Positions 8,384-19,038 of a DNA stretch of 64,000 nucleotides are shown one piece after another. The stretch spans positions 21,160 through 85,159 of the forward strand of contig CAZUWJ010000001.1 in assembly GCA_964624315.1 (NCBI GenBank). Reading direction: 5' to 3'. Each line of letters opens with the position of its first letter. The first letter of the stretch is position 1. Origin of the DNA: an uncultured Gammaproteobacteria bacterium (GTDB lineage: Bacteria; Patescibacteriota; Patescibacteriia; Magasanikbacterales; GWA2-37-8). The notes beneath the pieces were generated by a model. That model had not been told where the DNA came from. It saw nothing but the letters and a program-made list of their open reading frames with translations, and searched no databases. The translations under genes and the position numbers were made by a program.

Positions 8384-8413
8384 GTTTGATATTATAGGAC
8401 TTTTGTGTTATAA
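8384..8413 (+). promoter_or_regulatory. sigma70-like promoter of the LCP gene
   Basis: TTGATA, 18-bp spacer, TATAAT. This places the real start codon at 8436. Confidence 0.45.
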
Positions 8414-8435
8414 TCTGGTTGTATTTTATATTGTT

Positions 8436-9893
8436 ATGAATAGAACCCAAATTAACTTTTTAAAACCAATTGAACCCCCAAATCCTAATAACAAACCGCC
8501 ACAAAAGAAGCGGTTAATTATTTATATATTGCTAATTTTTATATTTTTAATGTTAGCTAGTACTCTAGCTAAAGCAATTATAAAAAAGCATGAAAATACA
8601 AAAATTGAAAATGGAATAACTTTAGAATCAAAAAGAGTCGGATTATTACAAACTGTTAAAAATTTTTTATTTAAAGATGAGGTAGTCATTGGTCAAGATG
8701 AAAGAATAAATATACTACTTCTAGGTATGGGTGGTGAAGGTCACGATGGCCCTTATTTAACAGATACAAATATTTTACTTAGTATTAAACCCCTAACCAA
8801 TGAAGTGGCCATGATCTCGGTCCCTAGGGATATGGGAGCAGAAATAGAAGGCTATGGCTTAACCAAAATAAACCATGCGAACGCCGCGGGAGAAAACAAA
8901 TACCCAAGACAAGGCGGAGAATATGCTCGTCAAGTTTTTGAAAAAACTTTTGATATTGATATCCCCTATTATATCCGCATAAATTTTAAAGCTTTTAAAG
9001 AAATGATAGATATTGTAGACGGAGTAAATATATATGTAAAAAGTGCTTTTGTTGACAATGCTTATCCAGCTAATAACTACGCTTATCAAACGGTTATTTT
9101 TAAATCCGGAGAACAAACCATGCATGGAGAGACCGCTCTAAAATTCGCCCGTTCCCGCCACGGTAATAATGGCGAAGGGTCTGATTTTTCCAGAGCCAGA
9201 AGACAACAGCAAGTAATTAATGCTCTCAAAGAAAAACTATTATCTAGCGGAACTTATACTAACCCGGCCAAGATAAAACAAATTTATGATTCATTATCAG
9301 AAAATGTCAGTACTAATTTAAACTTTGGGCAAATAATGTATTTGTCAGGATTAGCCAAAGAAACTAATTTAAACAATGTCAAAAATTTAACTTTGGACAG
9401 TGGTGAAGATGGATATTTATATTCCACTATGTCTAACGGAGTTTACCTACTTATGCCTAACAGCGGAGACTATGGAGAAATTTCTCAAGCCATGCAAAAC
9501 ATTTTTAATCCTGATTTTGAAATTAAAACAGAATATATCACCCCTGCTCAAACTCAAATTTTTCCAGAAGCTCAAATAGAAATACAAAACGGAACTTGGC
9601 AAGCAGGTTTAGCCTCTCGAGCCAAACAAAATCTAGAAGAAATAGGTTTTGTTATAAGCAGTGTTGGTAATACCCCAGAAAGACCAGTGAGCACTTCTTT
9701 AATATATTTAATTAATGAAAATTCACCGACTGAAATAACTACTGCCTTATCCCAGCAGCTTGGACTACCCACTACTACTTACTTGGCAAGTTCAACCACC
9801 TCAAGTACAATATATAGTACGAGTACAATAAATATAAATTTTGAAGATAATACAGAAATTTTAATAATTTTAGGAGAAGACTATTTAGAATAA
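8436..9893 (+). CDS. LytR-CpsA-Psr (LCP) family cell-envelope phosphotransferase with C-terminal LytR_C-like domain
   Basis: N-terminal TM segment, then ERINILLLGMGGEGHDGPYLTDTNILLSI ... ISVPRDM ... KINHA ... FKAFKEMIDIVDGVNIYV ... SDFSRARRQQQVI. Confidence 0.75.
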   Translation: MNRTQINFLKPIEPPNPNNKPPQKKRLIIYILLIFIFLMLASTLAKAIIKKHENTKIENGITLESKRVGLLQTVKNFLFKDEVVIGQDERINILLLGMGGEGHDGPYLTDTNILLSIKPLTNEVAMISVPRDMGAEIEGYGLTKINHANAAGENKYPRQGGEYARQVFEKTFDIDIPYYIRINFKAFKEMIDIVDGVNIYVKSAFVDNAYPANNYAYQTVIFKSGEQTMHGETALKFARSRHGNNGEGSDFSRARRQQQVINALKEKLLSSGTYTNPAKIKQIYDSLSENVSTNLNFGQIMYLSGLAKETNLNNVKNLTLDSGEDGYLYSTMSNGVYLLMPNSGDYGEISQAMQNIFNPDFEIKTEYITPAQTQIFPEAQIEIQNGTWQAGLASRAKQNLEEIGFVISSVGNTPERPVSTSLIYLINENSPTEITTALSQQLGLPTTTYLASSTTSSTIYSTSTININFEDNTEILIILGEDYLE

Positions 9894-9894
9894 T

Positions 9895-11262
9895 ATGAAA
9901 AAAGCAGAACTAATTGAAAGCAATCTACCTAAAGTCGTCTTGGTCGGTAGAACAAATGTAGGTAAATCTACCATATTCAATCGTTTGATTGAGAAAGATA
10001 TGGCTTTAATTTCTAATATAGCTGGAACAACTAGAACAAGCAACGTTGGAATTGTAAGTTGGAGAGGAAAAAACTTTGAATTAATCGATACAGGTGGCTT
10101 AACTTTTGATGATAAAGTAATTTTAGAAGAAGAAATAATCAAACAAACTGAAAAATCATTAAAAATAGCGGATTTAATAGTTTTTGTAATTGATATTCAA
10201 ACTGACCCCCTGCCCCAAGAAAAAGAACTAATACAACTAATAAAAAGAAAATACCAAAATAAACCATTAATTTTTGTGGCTAATAAAGCTGACAACCCAT
10301 CTTGGCAGGCTCAAACAAGCTCTCCTTCAATTTATAAACTGCAATTAGGGGAGCCAATGCCTATATCAGGCTCCAACGGAACTAACTTGGGAGATATGTT
10401 AGATTTGATTTTTAAAAATTTAAACAAACTACCCAAAAGACCAAAGACACTAAAAGAACTAGACCCAATAAATGTGGCTATTGTTGGAAAACCAAACGTA
10501 GGCAAATCAGCTCTTTTTAACAAAATAATCGGGCAAGACAAAGTTATAGTAAGTGATATGGCCCATACTACCAGAGAGCCATACGACACCTTGGTTGAAT
10601 ATGATAAAAAACCTATACTTTTTATTGATACCGCTGGCATTAGAAAAAAATCAAGAGTAAGCGGTTTGTTAGAAATACTTGGCATTAGTAAAAGCATTAA
10701 ATCAATCAAAAAATCAGACGTTACTCTACTAGTTTTGGATGCTACCGAACCAGTGACTGATCAAGATCAACAGCTAGCTGGGTTACTGCGTCAACAAACC
10801 AAGAGCGTAATTATTATTATTAATAAATGGGATAAAGCTGAAGATAATACGGACAACTTTAGAAATAAAGTCAAAGAGAATATGTATGGTTTATTCCCTC
10901 ATTTAAAATACGCTCCAATATTATTTACTTCAGCAAAAACAAAATACAGAATCCATCAAATCTTTCCGCTTATTTTACGGGCTTTTGAAGAAAGATATAC
11001 TGAAATATCTGGGGAAGACCTAGAGGATTTCTTGCAAAAAATAATGAAAAAAAGATTACCGCTTCGTGGAAAAGGTGTAAGACATCCAAAAGTTTTGGGA
11101 TTAAGTCAGCTTAATTCTGCTCCACCTATTTTTCAATTAGCAGTTAAAAACAGAACATCTGTCCATCCTTCTTACTTACATTATATTGGCAACAGATTAC
11201 GAGAAAATTTTAGTTTTTTTGCTTGTCCAATAATAGTAAAAATTAAAAAAATTAAAAAATAA
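9895..11262 (+). CDS. der: ribosome-associated GTPase Der/EngA (tandem GTPase domains plus KH)
   Basis: Two P-loops (GRTNVGKST and GKPNVGKSA), DTGG/DTAG motifs and NKxD motifs. Confidence 0.85.
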   Translation: MKKAELIESNLPKVVLVGRTNVGKSTIFNRLIEKDMALISNIAGTTRTSNVGIVSWRGKNFELIDTGGLTFDDKVILEEEIIKQTEKSLKIADLIVFVIDIQTDPLPQEKELIQLIKRKYQNKPLIFVANKADNPSWQAQTSSPSIYKLQLGEPMPISGSNGTNLGDMLDLIFKNLNKLPKRPKTLKELDPINVAIVGKPNVGKSALFNKIIGQDKVIVSDMAHTTREPYDTLVEYDKKPILFIDTAGIRKKSRVSGLLEILGISKSIKSIKKSDVTLLVLDATEPVTDQDQQLAGLLRQQTKSVIIIINKWDKAEDNTDNFRNKVKENMYGLFPHLKYAPILFTSAKTKYRIHQIFPLILRAFEERYTEISGEDLEDFLQKIMKKRLPLRGKGVRHPKVLGLSQLNSAPPIFQLAVKNRTSVHPSYLHYIGNRLRENFSFFACPIIVKIKKIKK

Positions 11263-11263
11263 C

Positions 11264-11803
11264 ATGAAATTAATAGTCGGTTTAGGAAATCCAGGTAAAC
11301 AATATGAAAAAACTAGGCACAATGCTGGCTGGATGGTTTTAAACGAAATAATTAAAAAATATAACCCACAAAAAAGTTGGTCAAATAGCAAAAAAGCCAA
11401 AGCTGAATTTTTAAAATTACAAATTAACAATCAAGAAGTGGAGCTCTTAAAGCCAACAAACTTTATGAACAACTCTGGTTTTTCTGTTCAATATGCAGTC
11501 AAAAAGCATAGCTTAAAACCAGAGGATATAATAGTTATACACGATGACAAGGATATAAATTTAGGAGAAATAAAAGTACAGTTTGATAAAAACTCAGCTG
11601 GACACAACGGAGTACAATCTATTATTAATCACTTAAAAACAAAAGAATTCTACCGCGTCAGAGTAGGAGTAGCCCCAGAAAATAAAAACCATATCGGAGA
11701 CACAACCCATTTTGTTTTAAAAAAATTTGGCTTATTTGAAAAAAAGAAAATTAATCAAGGTATAAATAAAGCCACGGAAGAAATAGAAAAATTAATTGTT
11801 TAA
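11264..11803 (+). CDS. pth: peptidyl-tRNA hydrolase
   Basis: MKLIVGLGNPGKQYEKTRHNAGW ... NNSGFS ... HDD ... GHNGV signature. Confidence 0.85.
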   Translation: MKLIVGLGNPGKQYEKTRHNAGWMVLNEIIKKYNPQKSWSNSKKAKAEFLKLQINNQEVELLKPTNFMNNSGFSVQYAVKKHSLKPEDIIVIHDDKDINLGEIKVQFDKNSAGHNGVQSIINHLKTKEFYRVRVGVAPENKNHIGDTTHFVLKKFGLFEKKKINQGINKATEEIEKLIV

Positions 11804-11806
11804 TCT

Positions 11807-12886
11807 ATGGACATACATCAAACCGCTTTGGCACATTTTGAAAAATTAACTCCGCGACGCTATCAAAATATGATAGCGTATTTTCATACTCCAAAAAATA
11901 TTTGGGAAGCAAAATTAAAAGATCTAATACAAACAAAAGTTGAACCTAGTATTATTGAGGAATACATCAAGTGGAGAAATAAAACTAATATAGAAAAAAT
12001 ACTATCCAACCTAGAACAAGATAAAATAAAAGTAGTCCACTTGGGAGATCCGGAATATCCTTATTTTTTATCAGAAATTTTTGATCCACCCCAGACTTTG
12101 TTTTTTAAAGGCACTCTGCCTGGCGCAGAAGAATATACCATATCAATAGTCGGAACTAGAAAATATACGACCTACGGCAAACAGGTAACCGAACATTTTG
12201 CTGATAAATTATCTCGCGAATCACTAACCATTGTATCTGGACTAGCTTTGGGCATAGACACTATCGCTCATACCTCAGCTGTAAAAAATAATAATAAAAC
12301 TGTGGCTGTTTTAGGCTCAGGTTTATCTGATGAATTTATTTACCCAAGATGTAATTTTAATTTATCTAAAAAAATAATAGAGACAGGTGGAACACTAATC
12401 TCTGAATACCCACCTGATTTTAAAGCCACCCTCTATTCTTTTCCAGCCCGCAATCGTATTATTGCTGGTTTGAGTCGAGCGGTTTTAATAACAGAAGCTC
12501 CTATCAAATCAGGAGCTCTCATAACTGGACGTAGCGCTATTGATTATAACCGCGAAGTTTTTATTGTTCCTCATCCCATTTTTTCTGCCCAAGGAGAAGG
12601 TAATAATCATTTTATAAAAAATGGAGCGACACCAGTCACCGACCCTCAAGAAATACTTGATGAATTAGGTATAAAAAATAAAATCCAAGAAAATAAAAAA
12701 ACAAACTTGCCAATAACTGAAATTGAGGGTAAAATACTTGGCCTCTTGAGTAAAGAACCAAAACACATTGATCAAATTGCCAAAGAAACTAATTCTAATA
12801 GCTCTCAAATCAACACTAGTCTGGCAATGCTTGAAATTAAAAACCTAATTAAAAACATCGGCAATATGATGTTTATTAAAAATTAA
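11807..12886 (+). CDS. dprA: DNA processing protein DprA/Smf
   Basis: Rossmann-like core SGLALGIDTIAHTSA ... AVLGSGLS ... GGTLISEYPP ... RNRIIAGLS. C-terminal winged-helix-like tail. Confidence 0.8.
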   Translation: MDIHQTALAHFEKLTPRRYQNMIAYFHTPKNIWEAKLKDLIQTKVEPSIIEEYIKWRNKTNIEKILSNLEQDKIKVVHLGDPEYPYFLSEIFDPPQTLFFKGTLPGAEEYTISIVGTRKYTTYGKQVTEHFADKLSRESLTIVSGLALGIDTIAHTSAVKNNNKTVAVLGSGLSDEFIYPRCNFNLSKKIIETGGTLISEYPPDFKATLYSFPARNRIIAGLSRAVLITEAPIKSGALITGRSAIDYNREVFIVPHPIFSAQGEGNNHFIKNGATPVTDPQEILDELGIKNKIQENKKTNLPITEIEGKILGLLSKEPKHIDQIAKETNSNSSQINTSLAMLEIKNLIKNIGNMMFIKN

Positions 12887-12980
12887 TTAATTTTAACAGC
12901 TAGATAAAAATAACTTAATACTCATAACTGACTCAATGTACCTGTCTGGTGAACTAAAAAAGACAAAAACCTTTAAATAA

Positions 12981-13009
12981 TTGACAATTTACCTATTTTT
13001 GGCTATTAT
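12981..13009 (+). promoter_or_regulatory. sigma70-like promoter upstream of topA
   Basis: TTGACA, 17-bp spacer, TATTAT. Confidence 0.4.
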
Positions 13010-13053
13010 TAAATTACGCTTTAAGCGAAATTTTTTGTTTATTTAAAAAACTT

Positions 13054-15099
13054 ATGGGAAAAACATTAGTAATAGTAGAGTCTCCAGCCAAGGCTAAGAC
13101 TATAAATAAATTTTTAGGGACAAACTATATAGTTAAGTCTTCTTTTGGTCATTTAAGAGATCTGCCAAAATCAAAAATGGGGATTGATATTGAGAATAAT
13201 TTTGAACCTCATTACATAAATAACCGAGCCAAAACCAAGGTTATTAAAGAATTAAAAGATAATGCTAAAAAAACAGATTCAATCCTGTTCGCTACTGATG
13301 AAGACAGAGAAGGAGAAGCTATCGCCTGGCATTTATCAAAAATACTCGATGTTCCCGAAGACCAAGCTAAAAGAATTGTATTTCATGAAATTACTAAGAA
13401 TGCTATTTTAGATGCTATCAAAAACCCAAGAATGATTGATATGGAATTAGTAAACGCCCAACAAGCTAGACGTATTTTAGATAGATTGGTGGGATATGAA
13501 CTCTCTCCATTCTTGTGGAAAAAAGTAATCAAAGGACTATCGGCTGGGAGAGTCCAGTCAGTGGCCGTCAGATTGGTTGTAGAAAAAGAAAAAGAAATAC
13601 AAAATTTTAAACCTCAAGAATATTGGAATGTTGAAGGTCTTTTTGAAAAAGAAAAGATAGATTTTACTGCCAAATTAATAAAACAAGATGGCAAGAAAAT
13701 AGACAAACTAACTGTGGAAAATAAAAAGCAAGCCGACGAAATTTCAAAAGATTTAAAGGGAGAAAAATATTTTGTTGAAAATATAGAAGAGAAACAAACA
13801 AAGAAAAACCCCCTACCCCCCTTTACTACTTCTACCCTGCAACAAACAGCCAATAATCGACTTGGGTTTTCTGCTAAACAAACCATGCGTTTAGCTCAAC
13901 AATTATATGAAGGTGTTGATATTGGTACTGATGGCTCAGTCGGTCTTATTACCTACATGCGTACTGACTCGCTCAATCTGTCAAAAGAATTTTTAGGTAA
14001 TACTACCAAATATATTAAACAGGAACTAGGTGAAAAATACTTAGCTGAAAAAACTAGGCTTTTTAAATCAAAAAGTAAAAACGCTCAAGAAGCTCACGAA
14101 GCTATCCGCCCTACCCATGTTGAATATGCTCCTGAAAAAATAAAAAACCACCTAGACAAAAATCAACTAAAGCTATACACCTTAATTTGGCAAAGAGCTA
14201 TCGCCACTCAAATGGCTCCAGCTATAATGAACAAAATATCACTAGACATAAAAACCAAAACTAAAGAATACGTTTTCAGGGCCAACGGTCAAAGTATAAA
14301 TTTTGATGGCTATTTAAAAATTTACACAACTAGCACTAAAGAAAATATTTTACCAAATTTTGAAAAGGGTGAAGATGTAAATTGTAAAAAAATGAATATT
14401 GAGCAACATTTTACAGAACCACCAGCCAGATATTCAGACGCTAGCTTAATTAAAATTTTAGAAGAATATGGAGTAGGCCGACCTTCTACTTATGCTCCGA
14501 CTTTGGCAACCATAGAAGCCAGGGGATATGTGAAAAAAAATGATCAAAAAAGATTTGAGCCAAACGAAACTGCTTTTATGGTAATCGACATACTAGTAAA
14601 GCATTTTCCACAAGTAGTAGATTACCAGTTCACTGCTAAAATGGAAGACGATTTGGATAAAATCGCAGAAGGCAAACAAAAATGGCAACCCCTCATAGCT
14701 GAATTTTATTTTCCTTTCAAAGAAAATCTAGAAAAAAAATATGAAGAAGTTAAAAAACTTGAACTAGATGAAAAAACAGATGAAATTTGTGATAAATGCG
14801 GAAAACCAATGATAATAAAAACCGGCCGATTTGGTAAATTTTTAGGATGTAGTGGTTTTCCAGAATGTAAAAATATTAAATCCGTACCCGGAACCGACAA
14901 AGACAAAAACGGACAACCGGATAGTGAACAAGTACAAAAATTACAAGAAAAATTTGAAGGTGAAGTTTGTGAAAAATGTGGAACAAAAATGGCTGTTAAA
15001 GTTGGGCGCTATGGACCATTTCTAGCTTGCACTGCTTTCCCGAAATGTAGAAACATTAAAAAAATTCCAAAAGAAGATAAGAAACCAGAAGATAAATAA
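13054..15099 (+). CDS. topA: DNA topoisomerase I with C-terminal zinc-ribbon repeats
   Basis: TOPRIM start LVIVESPAKAKTI ... GHLRDLP, catalytic-region Tyr (YMRTDS), and two CxxC...CxxC zinc-ribbon repeats at the C-terminus. Confidence 0.9.
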   Translation: MGKTLVIVESPAKAKTINKFLGTNYIVKSSFGHLRDLPKSKMGIDIENNFEPHYINNRAKTKVIKELKDNAKKTDSILFATDEDREGEAIAWHLSKILDVPEDQAKRIVFHEITKNAILDAIKNPRMIDMELVNAQQARRILDRLVGYELSPFLWKKVIKGLSAGRVQSVAVRLVVEKEKEIQNFKPQEYWNVEGLFEKEKIDFTAKLIKQDGKKIDKLTVENKKQADEISKDLKGEKYFVENIEEKQTKKNPLPPFTTSTLQQTANNRLGFSAKQTMRLAQQLYEGVDIGTDGSVGLITYMRTDSLNLSKEFLGNTTKYIKQELGEKYLAEKTRLFKSKSKNAQEAHEAIRPTHVEYAPEKIKNHLDKNQLKLYTLIWQRAIATQMAPAIMNKISLDIKTKTKEYVFRANGQSINFDGYLKIYTTSTKENILPNFEKGEDVNCKKMNIEQHFTEPPARYSDASLIKILEEYGVGRPSTYAPTLATIEARGYVKKNDQKRFEPNETAFMVIDILVKHFPQVVDYQFTAKMEDDLDKIAEGKQKWQPLIAEFYFPFKENLEKKYEEVKKLELDEKTDEICDKCGKPMIIKTGRFGKFLGCSGFPECKNIKSVPGTDKDKNGQPDSEQVQKLQEKFEGEVCEKCGTKMAVKVGRYGPFLACTAFPKCRNIKKIPKEDKKPEDK

Positions 15100-15101
15100 A
15101 T

Positions 15102-16595
15102 ATGAACAACGAAATTGTTATACCAAGCAATTTAAATATTGAAGATCTGATAACAGAGGCTAAAACTTATGTTAAAAAATCTGATTTAGACTTAATCAGG
15201 TTAGCTTTTGATTTTGCTGACAAAGCTCATGAAGGGCAAAAAAGAAAAACTGGTGAACCTTACATAATCCACCCTCTATCAGCTGCTTATATTTTGGCTA
15301 AAATGAAAATAGAAGTTACTATCATTGTAGCAGCTTTAATGCATGATGTGCCAGAAGATACAGAAGTCACTTTAGAGGATATTGAAAAGAACTTTGGAAA
15401 AGATACTGCTTCTATGATTAGGGGTATTACTAAATTAGGAAAATTAAAATATAGAGGAGTAGAAAGATACATAGAAAATCTACGTAAAATGTTTGTGGCT
15501 ATGGCTGAAGATGTTAGAGTAATGATTATTAAATTTGCTGATCGCACTCACAACCTGATGACTCTTGATGCCCAGCCCCCTAACAAACAATACCGTATTG
15601 CCTTGGAAAGTTTAGAAATTTACGCCCCAATAGCCAATCGTCTAGGCATGGGTGAATTTAAAGGAATGATGGAAGACCTAGCTTTTCCATATATTAATCC
15701 TAAAGAATTTAAAAAAACAAAGGAAATAAGAAATAAAGGTTTAGAAGTGGCTTCTGGAGAATTAGACAATATCATGATCAAAGCAAAGGAAGAACTAAAA
15801 AAAGCTCGCATACCTTTTAACGATGTTCACGGACGAGAAAAAAGATTATACAGTCTTTATCAAAAATTACTACGCAAAGAATGGGGTTCAGATAAAATAT
15901 ATGATATGGTGGCAATTCGCATAATTTTACCAAGCATAGCTGATTGTTATGCTGCTCTCGGAGTTTTACACAAACTATGGAAACCGCTAAAAGGAAGAAT
16001 AAAAGATTACATCGCTCAACCAAAACCAAATGGTTATAAATCATTACACACAACCGTATTTTGTGAAGGTGGCAAAACAGTGGAATTCCAAATCAGAACC
16101 AAAGACATGCACGATGAAGCTGAGTACGGTGTGGCAGCCCACTGGCATTATGATGAAAAAGGTGTTCGTTCAAATGTAAATAAACATATTTCTTGGGCCA
16201 AAGAATTAGCTAATATCCAAAACGAAGTCTTGAACAACTTATCTGATTTAGAAGAAATGAAATTAGACTTTTTTCAAAGCCGAATATTTGTTTTTACTCC
16301 CCAAGGTGATGTTATTGATTTGCCTGAAAATGCTACTCCGATTGATTTTGCCTATGCTATTCACACGGACGTAGGTAATAAATGTAACGGAGCCAAAGTT
16401 AATGACCAACTCATAAGTTTAGACACTTCTCTAAAGAACGGAGACGTGATTGAAATTATCACAGATAAAAACAGAAAAGGGCCAAGTCCAGATTGGTTAA
16501 AAACAGTTAAAACTCATGGGGCCAAAACAAAAATTAGAACAGAACTAAATAAAATGAAGGGGCCAGTCTGGCTGAAAACAATATTTAAAAAATAA
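15102..16595 (+). CDS. rel: RelA/SpoT-homolog (p)ppGpp synthetase/hydrolase (HD + synthetase + TGS; no ACT domain)
   Basis: HD motif HEGQKRKTGEPYIIHPL, synthetase-domain GRIKDYIAQPKPNGYKSLHT, and TGS-like FVFTPQGDVIDLP. Confidence 0.8.
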   Translation: MNNEIVIPSNLNIEDLITEAKTYVKKSDLDLIRLAFDFADKAHEGQKRKTGEPYIIHPLSAAYILAKMKIEVTIIVAALMHDVPEDTEVTLEDIEKNFGKDTASMIRGITKLGKLKYRGVERYIENLRKMFVAMAEDVRVMIIKFADRTHNLMTLDAQPPNKQYRIALESLEIYAPIANRLGMGEFKGMMEDLAFPYINPKEFKKTKEIRNKGLEVASGELDNIMIKAKEELKKARIPFNDVHGREKRLYSLYQKLLRKEWGSDKIYDMVAIRIILPSIADCYAALGVLHKLWKPLKGRIKDYIAQPKPNGYKSLHTTVFCEGGKTVEFQIRTKDMHDEAEYGVAAHWHYDEKGVRSNVNKHISWAKELANIQNEVLNNLSDLEEMKLDFFQSRIFVFTPQGDVIDLPENATPIDFAYAIHTDVGNKCNGAKVNDQLISLDTSLKNGDVIEIITDKNRKGPSPDWLKTVKTHGAKTKIRTELNKMKGPVWLKTIFKK

Positions 16596-16636
16596 TCCCG
16601 TAGATGGGGTTATTTTTTTATACTTTTTTAAATTTT

Positions 16637-17467
16637 CTATTTTAATTTATCTAACAAACTTTCAAATTCTTCTTTGGAATAAAAATCAATTATTATACTA
16701 CCCCTTTCTCCTTTTTGTTTGATATTCACCTTTGTTCCAAGCGACTCTCTTAATTCATTTTCTAAATAAGCAATATTAGGATCTTTTTTTGATTGTTTGT
16801 ATCCAGTCTTAACCCTTACACTTCTTTCTATTTCTCTTACAGAAATCTTTTCTCCAAGCATGGAAGATAACATACTTAATTGTTCTGCTTCATCTTTTAG
16901 GCCAAGCAAAGCCCTGGCTTGACCACTATTTATTTTTTTATTTATCAAAGCATTTTGAATTTGATCTGGCAATTCTAAAAGTCTAATACTATTAGCAATA
17001 GCCGAACGACTCTTACCAACTTTTTGGGAAACTTCTTCTTGGGTTAAACCAAACTCTTCAATTAATCTTTTATAAGAAAAAGCCTCTTCAATTGGATCCA
17101 AATCTTCTCTTTGAATATTTTCTATCAAAGCAACTTCCAACTTCTGTTGCTCTTTCATTTTTTTAACTACAGCTGGAACAGTAGTTAGACCAGCCAATTT
17201 AGAAGCTCTAGCTCTGCGCTCTCCAGCTACCAATTCATAACCTCCATCTTTACTCTCTACCACTACTACTGGTTGTAATACCCCGTGTTCTTTTATGGAA
17301 TTTGCCAAATCAATCAAAGATTTTTCTTCAAAATTTTGACGAGGTTGATGACTATTGGCAATAATTTTTGACAGTGGAATTTGCCAAATTCTACCTTCAA
17401 AATTATCTTCTTTTTTATTATTATTTGTGGGAGTAATAAGAGCCCCCAAACCTTTACCTAATGCCAT
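16637..17467 (-). CDS. parB: chromosome partitioning protein ParB
   Basis: LVAGERRARA ParB box, HTH region, convergent with parA. Confidence 0.85.
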   Translation of the reverse strand: MALGKGLGALITPTNNNKKEDNFEGRIWQIPLSKIIANSHQPRQNFEEKSLIDLANSIKEHGVLQPVVVVESKDGGYELVAGERRARASKLAGLTTVPAVVKKMKEQQKLEVALIENIQREDLDPIEEAFSYKRLIEEFGLTQEEVSQKVGKSRSAIANSIRLLELPDQIQNALINKKINSGQARALLGLKDEAEQLSMLSSMLGEKISVREIERSVRVKTGYKQSKKDPNIAYLENELRESLGTKVNIKQKGERGSIIIDFYSKEEFESLLDKLK

Positions 17468-17471
17468 AATT

Positions 17472-18245
17472 TTATTCTAAAGAATCAATATAATCACTTA
17501 CTTCCCTGGCTAAACGAGTGTAAGATTTTGCTCCTTTACCACGAGGTTCATAGTGAAAAATACTTTTACCAAAACTTGGCGCCTCGGCCAAGCGAACTGT
17601 TCTAGGGATAACTGTCCTAAAAATACTGCTAGGAAAATATTTGTATAATTCATCTAAAATTTCTGATGACAAACGAGTTCTAGCATCATACATAGTCATA
17701 ACAGCCCCTAAAACTTGAAGTTCAGGTTTAATATTTTCTTTAACTAATTCAATGGTTTTCAAAAGTTGCCCCAAACCTTCCAAAGCATAATATTCAGCTT
17801 GAACTGGTATCAAAATTTTATCAGCGGCCACTAGCCCATTCAAAGTCAAAATACCTAAAGAAGGGGGACAGTCAACAATAACATAATCATAAGCATGTTT
17901 GACCTCTCCTAAAATATCAGATAATTTCATCTCTCGGCCTTCAATATTTACTAATTCTACATTAGCTCCTGCTAAATCAGCGGTAGCTGGGACAACTCTT
18001 AGACCTTCGTGAGCGGTATTAAGAACGACATCGTGCAAACGATGTTCACCCATCAAAGCATGATATAATCCCTTTTCTAATTCATTGTGTTTAATGCCTA
18101 ATCCAGAAGTAGCGTTGCCTTGGGGATCCAAATCAACTAATAAAACAAATTTGCCTTGTTCTGCCAAACCGGCTGCTAAATTTACCGCTGTAGTTGTTTT
18201 ACCTACACCACCTTTTTGGTTTACGACAGATATTATATTTGACAT
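17472..18245 (-). CDS. parA: chromosome partitioning ATPase ParA/Soj
   Basis: Deviant Walker A NQKGGVGKTTTAVNLA. Start taken at ATG 18245 (MSNII). The six-frame start at 18254 is TTG. Confidence 0.85.
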   Translation of the reverse strand: MSNIISVVNQKGGVGKTTTAVNLAAGLAEQGKFVLLVDLDPQGNATSGLGIKHNELEKGLYHALMGEHRLHDVVLNTAHEGLRVVPATADLAGANVELVNIEGREMKLSDILGEVKHAYDYVIVDCPPSLGILTLNGLVAADKILIPVQAEYYALEGLGQLLKTIELVKENIKPELQVLGAVMTMYDARTRLSSEILDELYKYFPSSIFRTVIPRTVRLAEAPSFGKSIFHYEPRGKGAKSYTRLAREVSDYIDSLE

Positions 18246-18318
18246 ATAAAACAACCTAAACTAGGTTAAATTTTTTATTAAACTAAAAAATTTACTTAAT
18301 ATACCTATAACAAACACC

Positions 18319-18440
18319 TGTCATCCCGAGCTTGTCGAGGGATCTTTCTTGGTACTTACTTATAAATAGCTACACAAAAAGATTCCTCCACTCCGCTCTG
18401 CCCCTCCTCCTCGTCGGGACGAGCTACGGTCGGAATGACA
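18319..18440. repeat. MITE-like palindromic repeat, GC-rich-core subfamily
   Basis: Termini TGTCATCCCGAG ... CGGAATGACA. Internal GC-rich segment CCGCTCTGCCCCTCCTCCTCGTCGGGACGAGCTACGGTC is shared with 22626..22762 and, in reverse complement, with 53420..53547. Confidence 0.7.
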
Positions 18441-18509
18441 ATTTATTTGAGGCTTTATTTTGTAAAAAAACTTGATACACACTCAAACTAATATAATTAT
18501 ATCATAGAA

Positions 18510-18539
18510 TTGACAAAAGACCAATAATTTTGTATAATG
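18510..18539 (+). promoter_or_regulatory. sigma70-like promoter upstream of the tRNA-Leu / GIY-YIG locus
   Basis: TTGACA, 18-bp spacer, TATAAT, followed by hairpin CTGCCtctctGGCAG. Confidence 0.45.
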
Positions 18540-18634
18540 TAATGGCAAAATTAAGCAATCTGCCTCTCTGGCAGACAAAATAAATAAAAAAATTAATTTT
18601 GACTCTGAAAAATTACGTCAACTTATATTATATA

Positions 18635-18697
18635 TATTAGAACTAATGCTTCGAAAAACGTTAATAATATAAGCCGAAGTGGTGAAACTGGTAGACA
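18635..18697 (+). repeat. partial duplicate of tRNA-Leu(CAA): 27 bp of upstream sequence plus tRNA nt 1-35
   Basis: 63 bp matching 19012..19074 with two mismatches. Homology ends inside the anticodon (..CGACTCA|). It is followed by two hairpins (18698..18760) and the AAGGAG SD of the GIY-YIG gene. Confidence 0.75.
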
Positions 18698-18786
18698 CGC
18701 ACGACTCACCCCAAGCAGAGCAAAGCTCGCTTTGGGGTGTCCCAAACTGAGCTTTGCTCTAGTTGGGACAAAATCTAAGGAGAATT

Positions 18787-19038
18787 ATGTATTATGTATA
18801 TATATTAAAACTTTCAAATAATGATCTATATACTGGTAGAACAAACGACCTAAAAAGAAGGTATAATGAACATTTAAATAAAAAAGTAAAATCAACAGGT
18901 AAATATTGCCCATTAAAATTACTGCATTATGAAGCGTTTCTAGATAAAGAAGATTCTGTGAGAAGAGAAAACTATCTCAAAACTAGTACTGGCAAAAGAA
19001 TGTTAAAACTAATGCTTCGAAAAACATTACTAATATAA
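18787..19038 (+). CDS. small GIY-YIG nuclease-domain protein (URI/YhbQ-like)
   Basis: MYYVYILKLSNNDLYTGRTNDLKRRYNEH fits GIY-x10-YIG plus the conserved R and H/N. An AAGGAG SD lies 6 nt upstream, so 18787 is preferred over the track start 18763. The last 9 codons lie inside the repeat shared with 18635..18661. Confidence 0.7.
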   Translation: MYYVYILKLSNNDLYTGRTNDLKRRYNEHLNKKVKSTGKYCPLKLLHYEAFLDKEDSVRRENYLKTSTGKRMLKLMLRKTLLI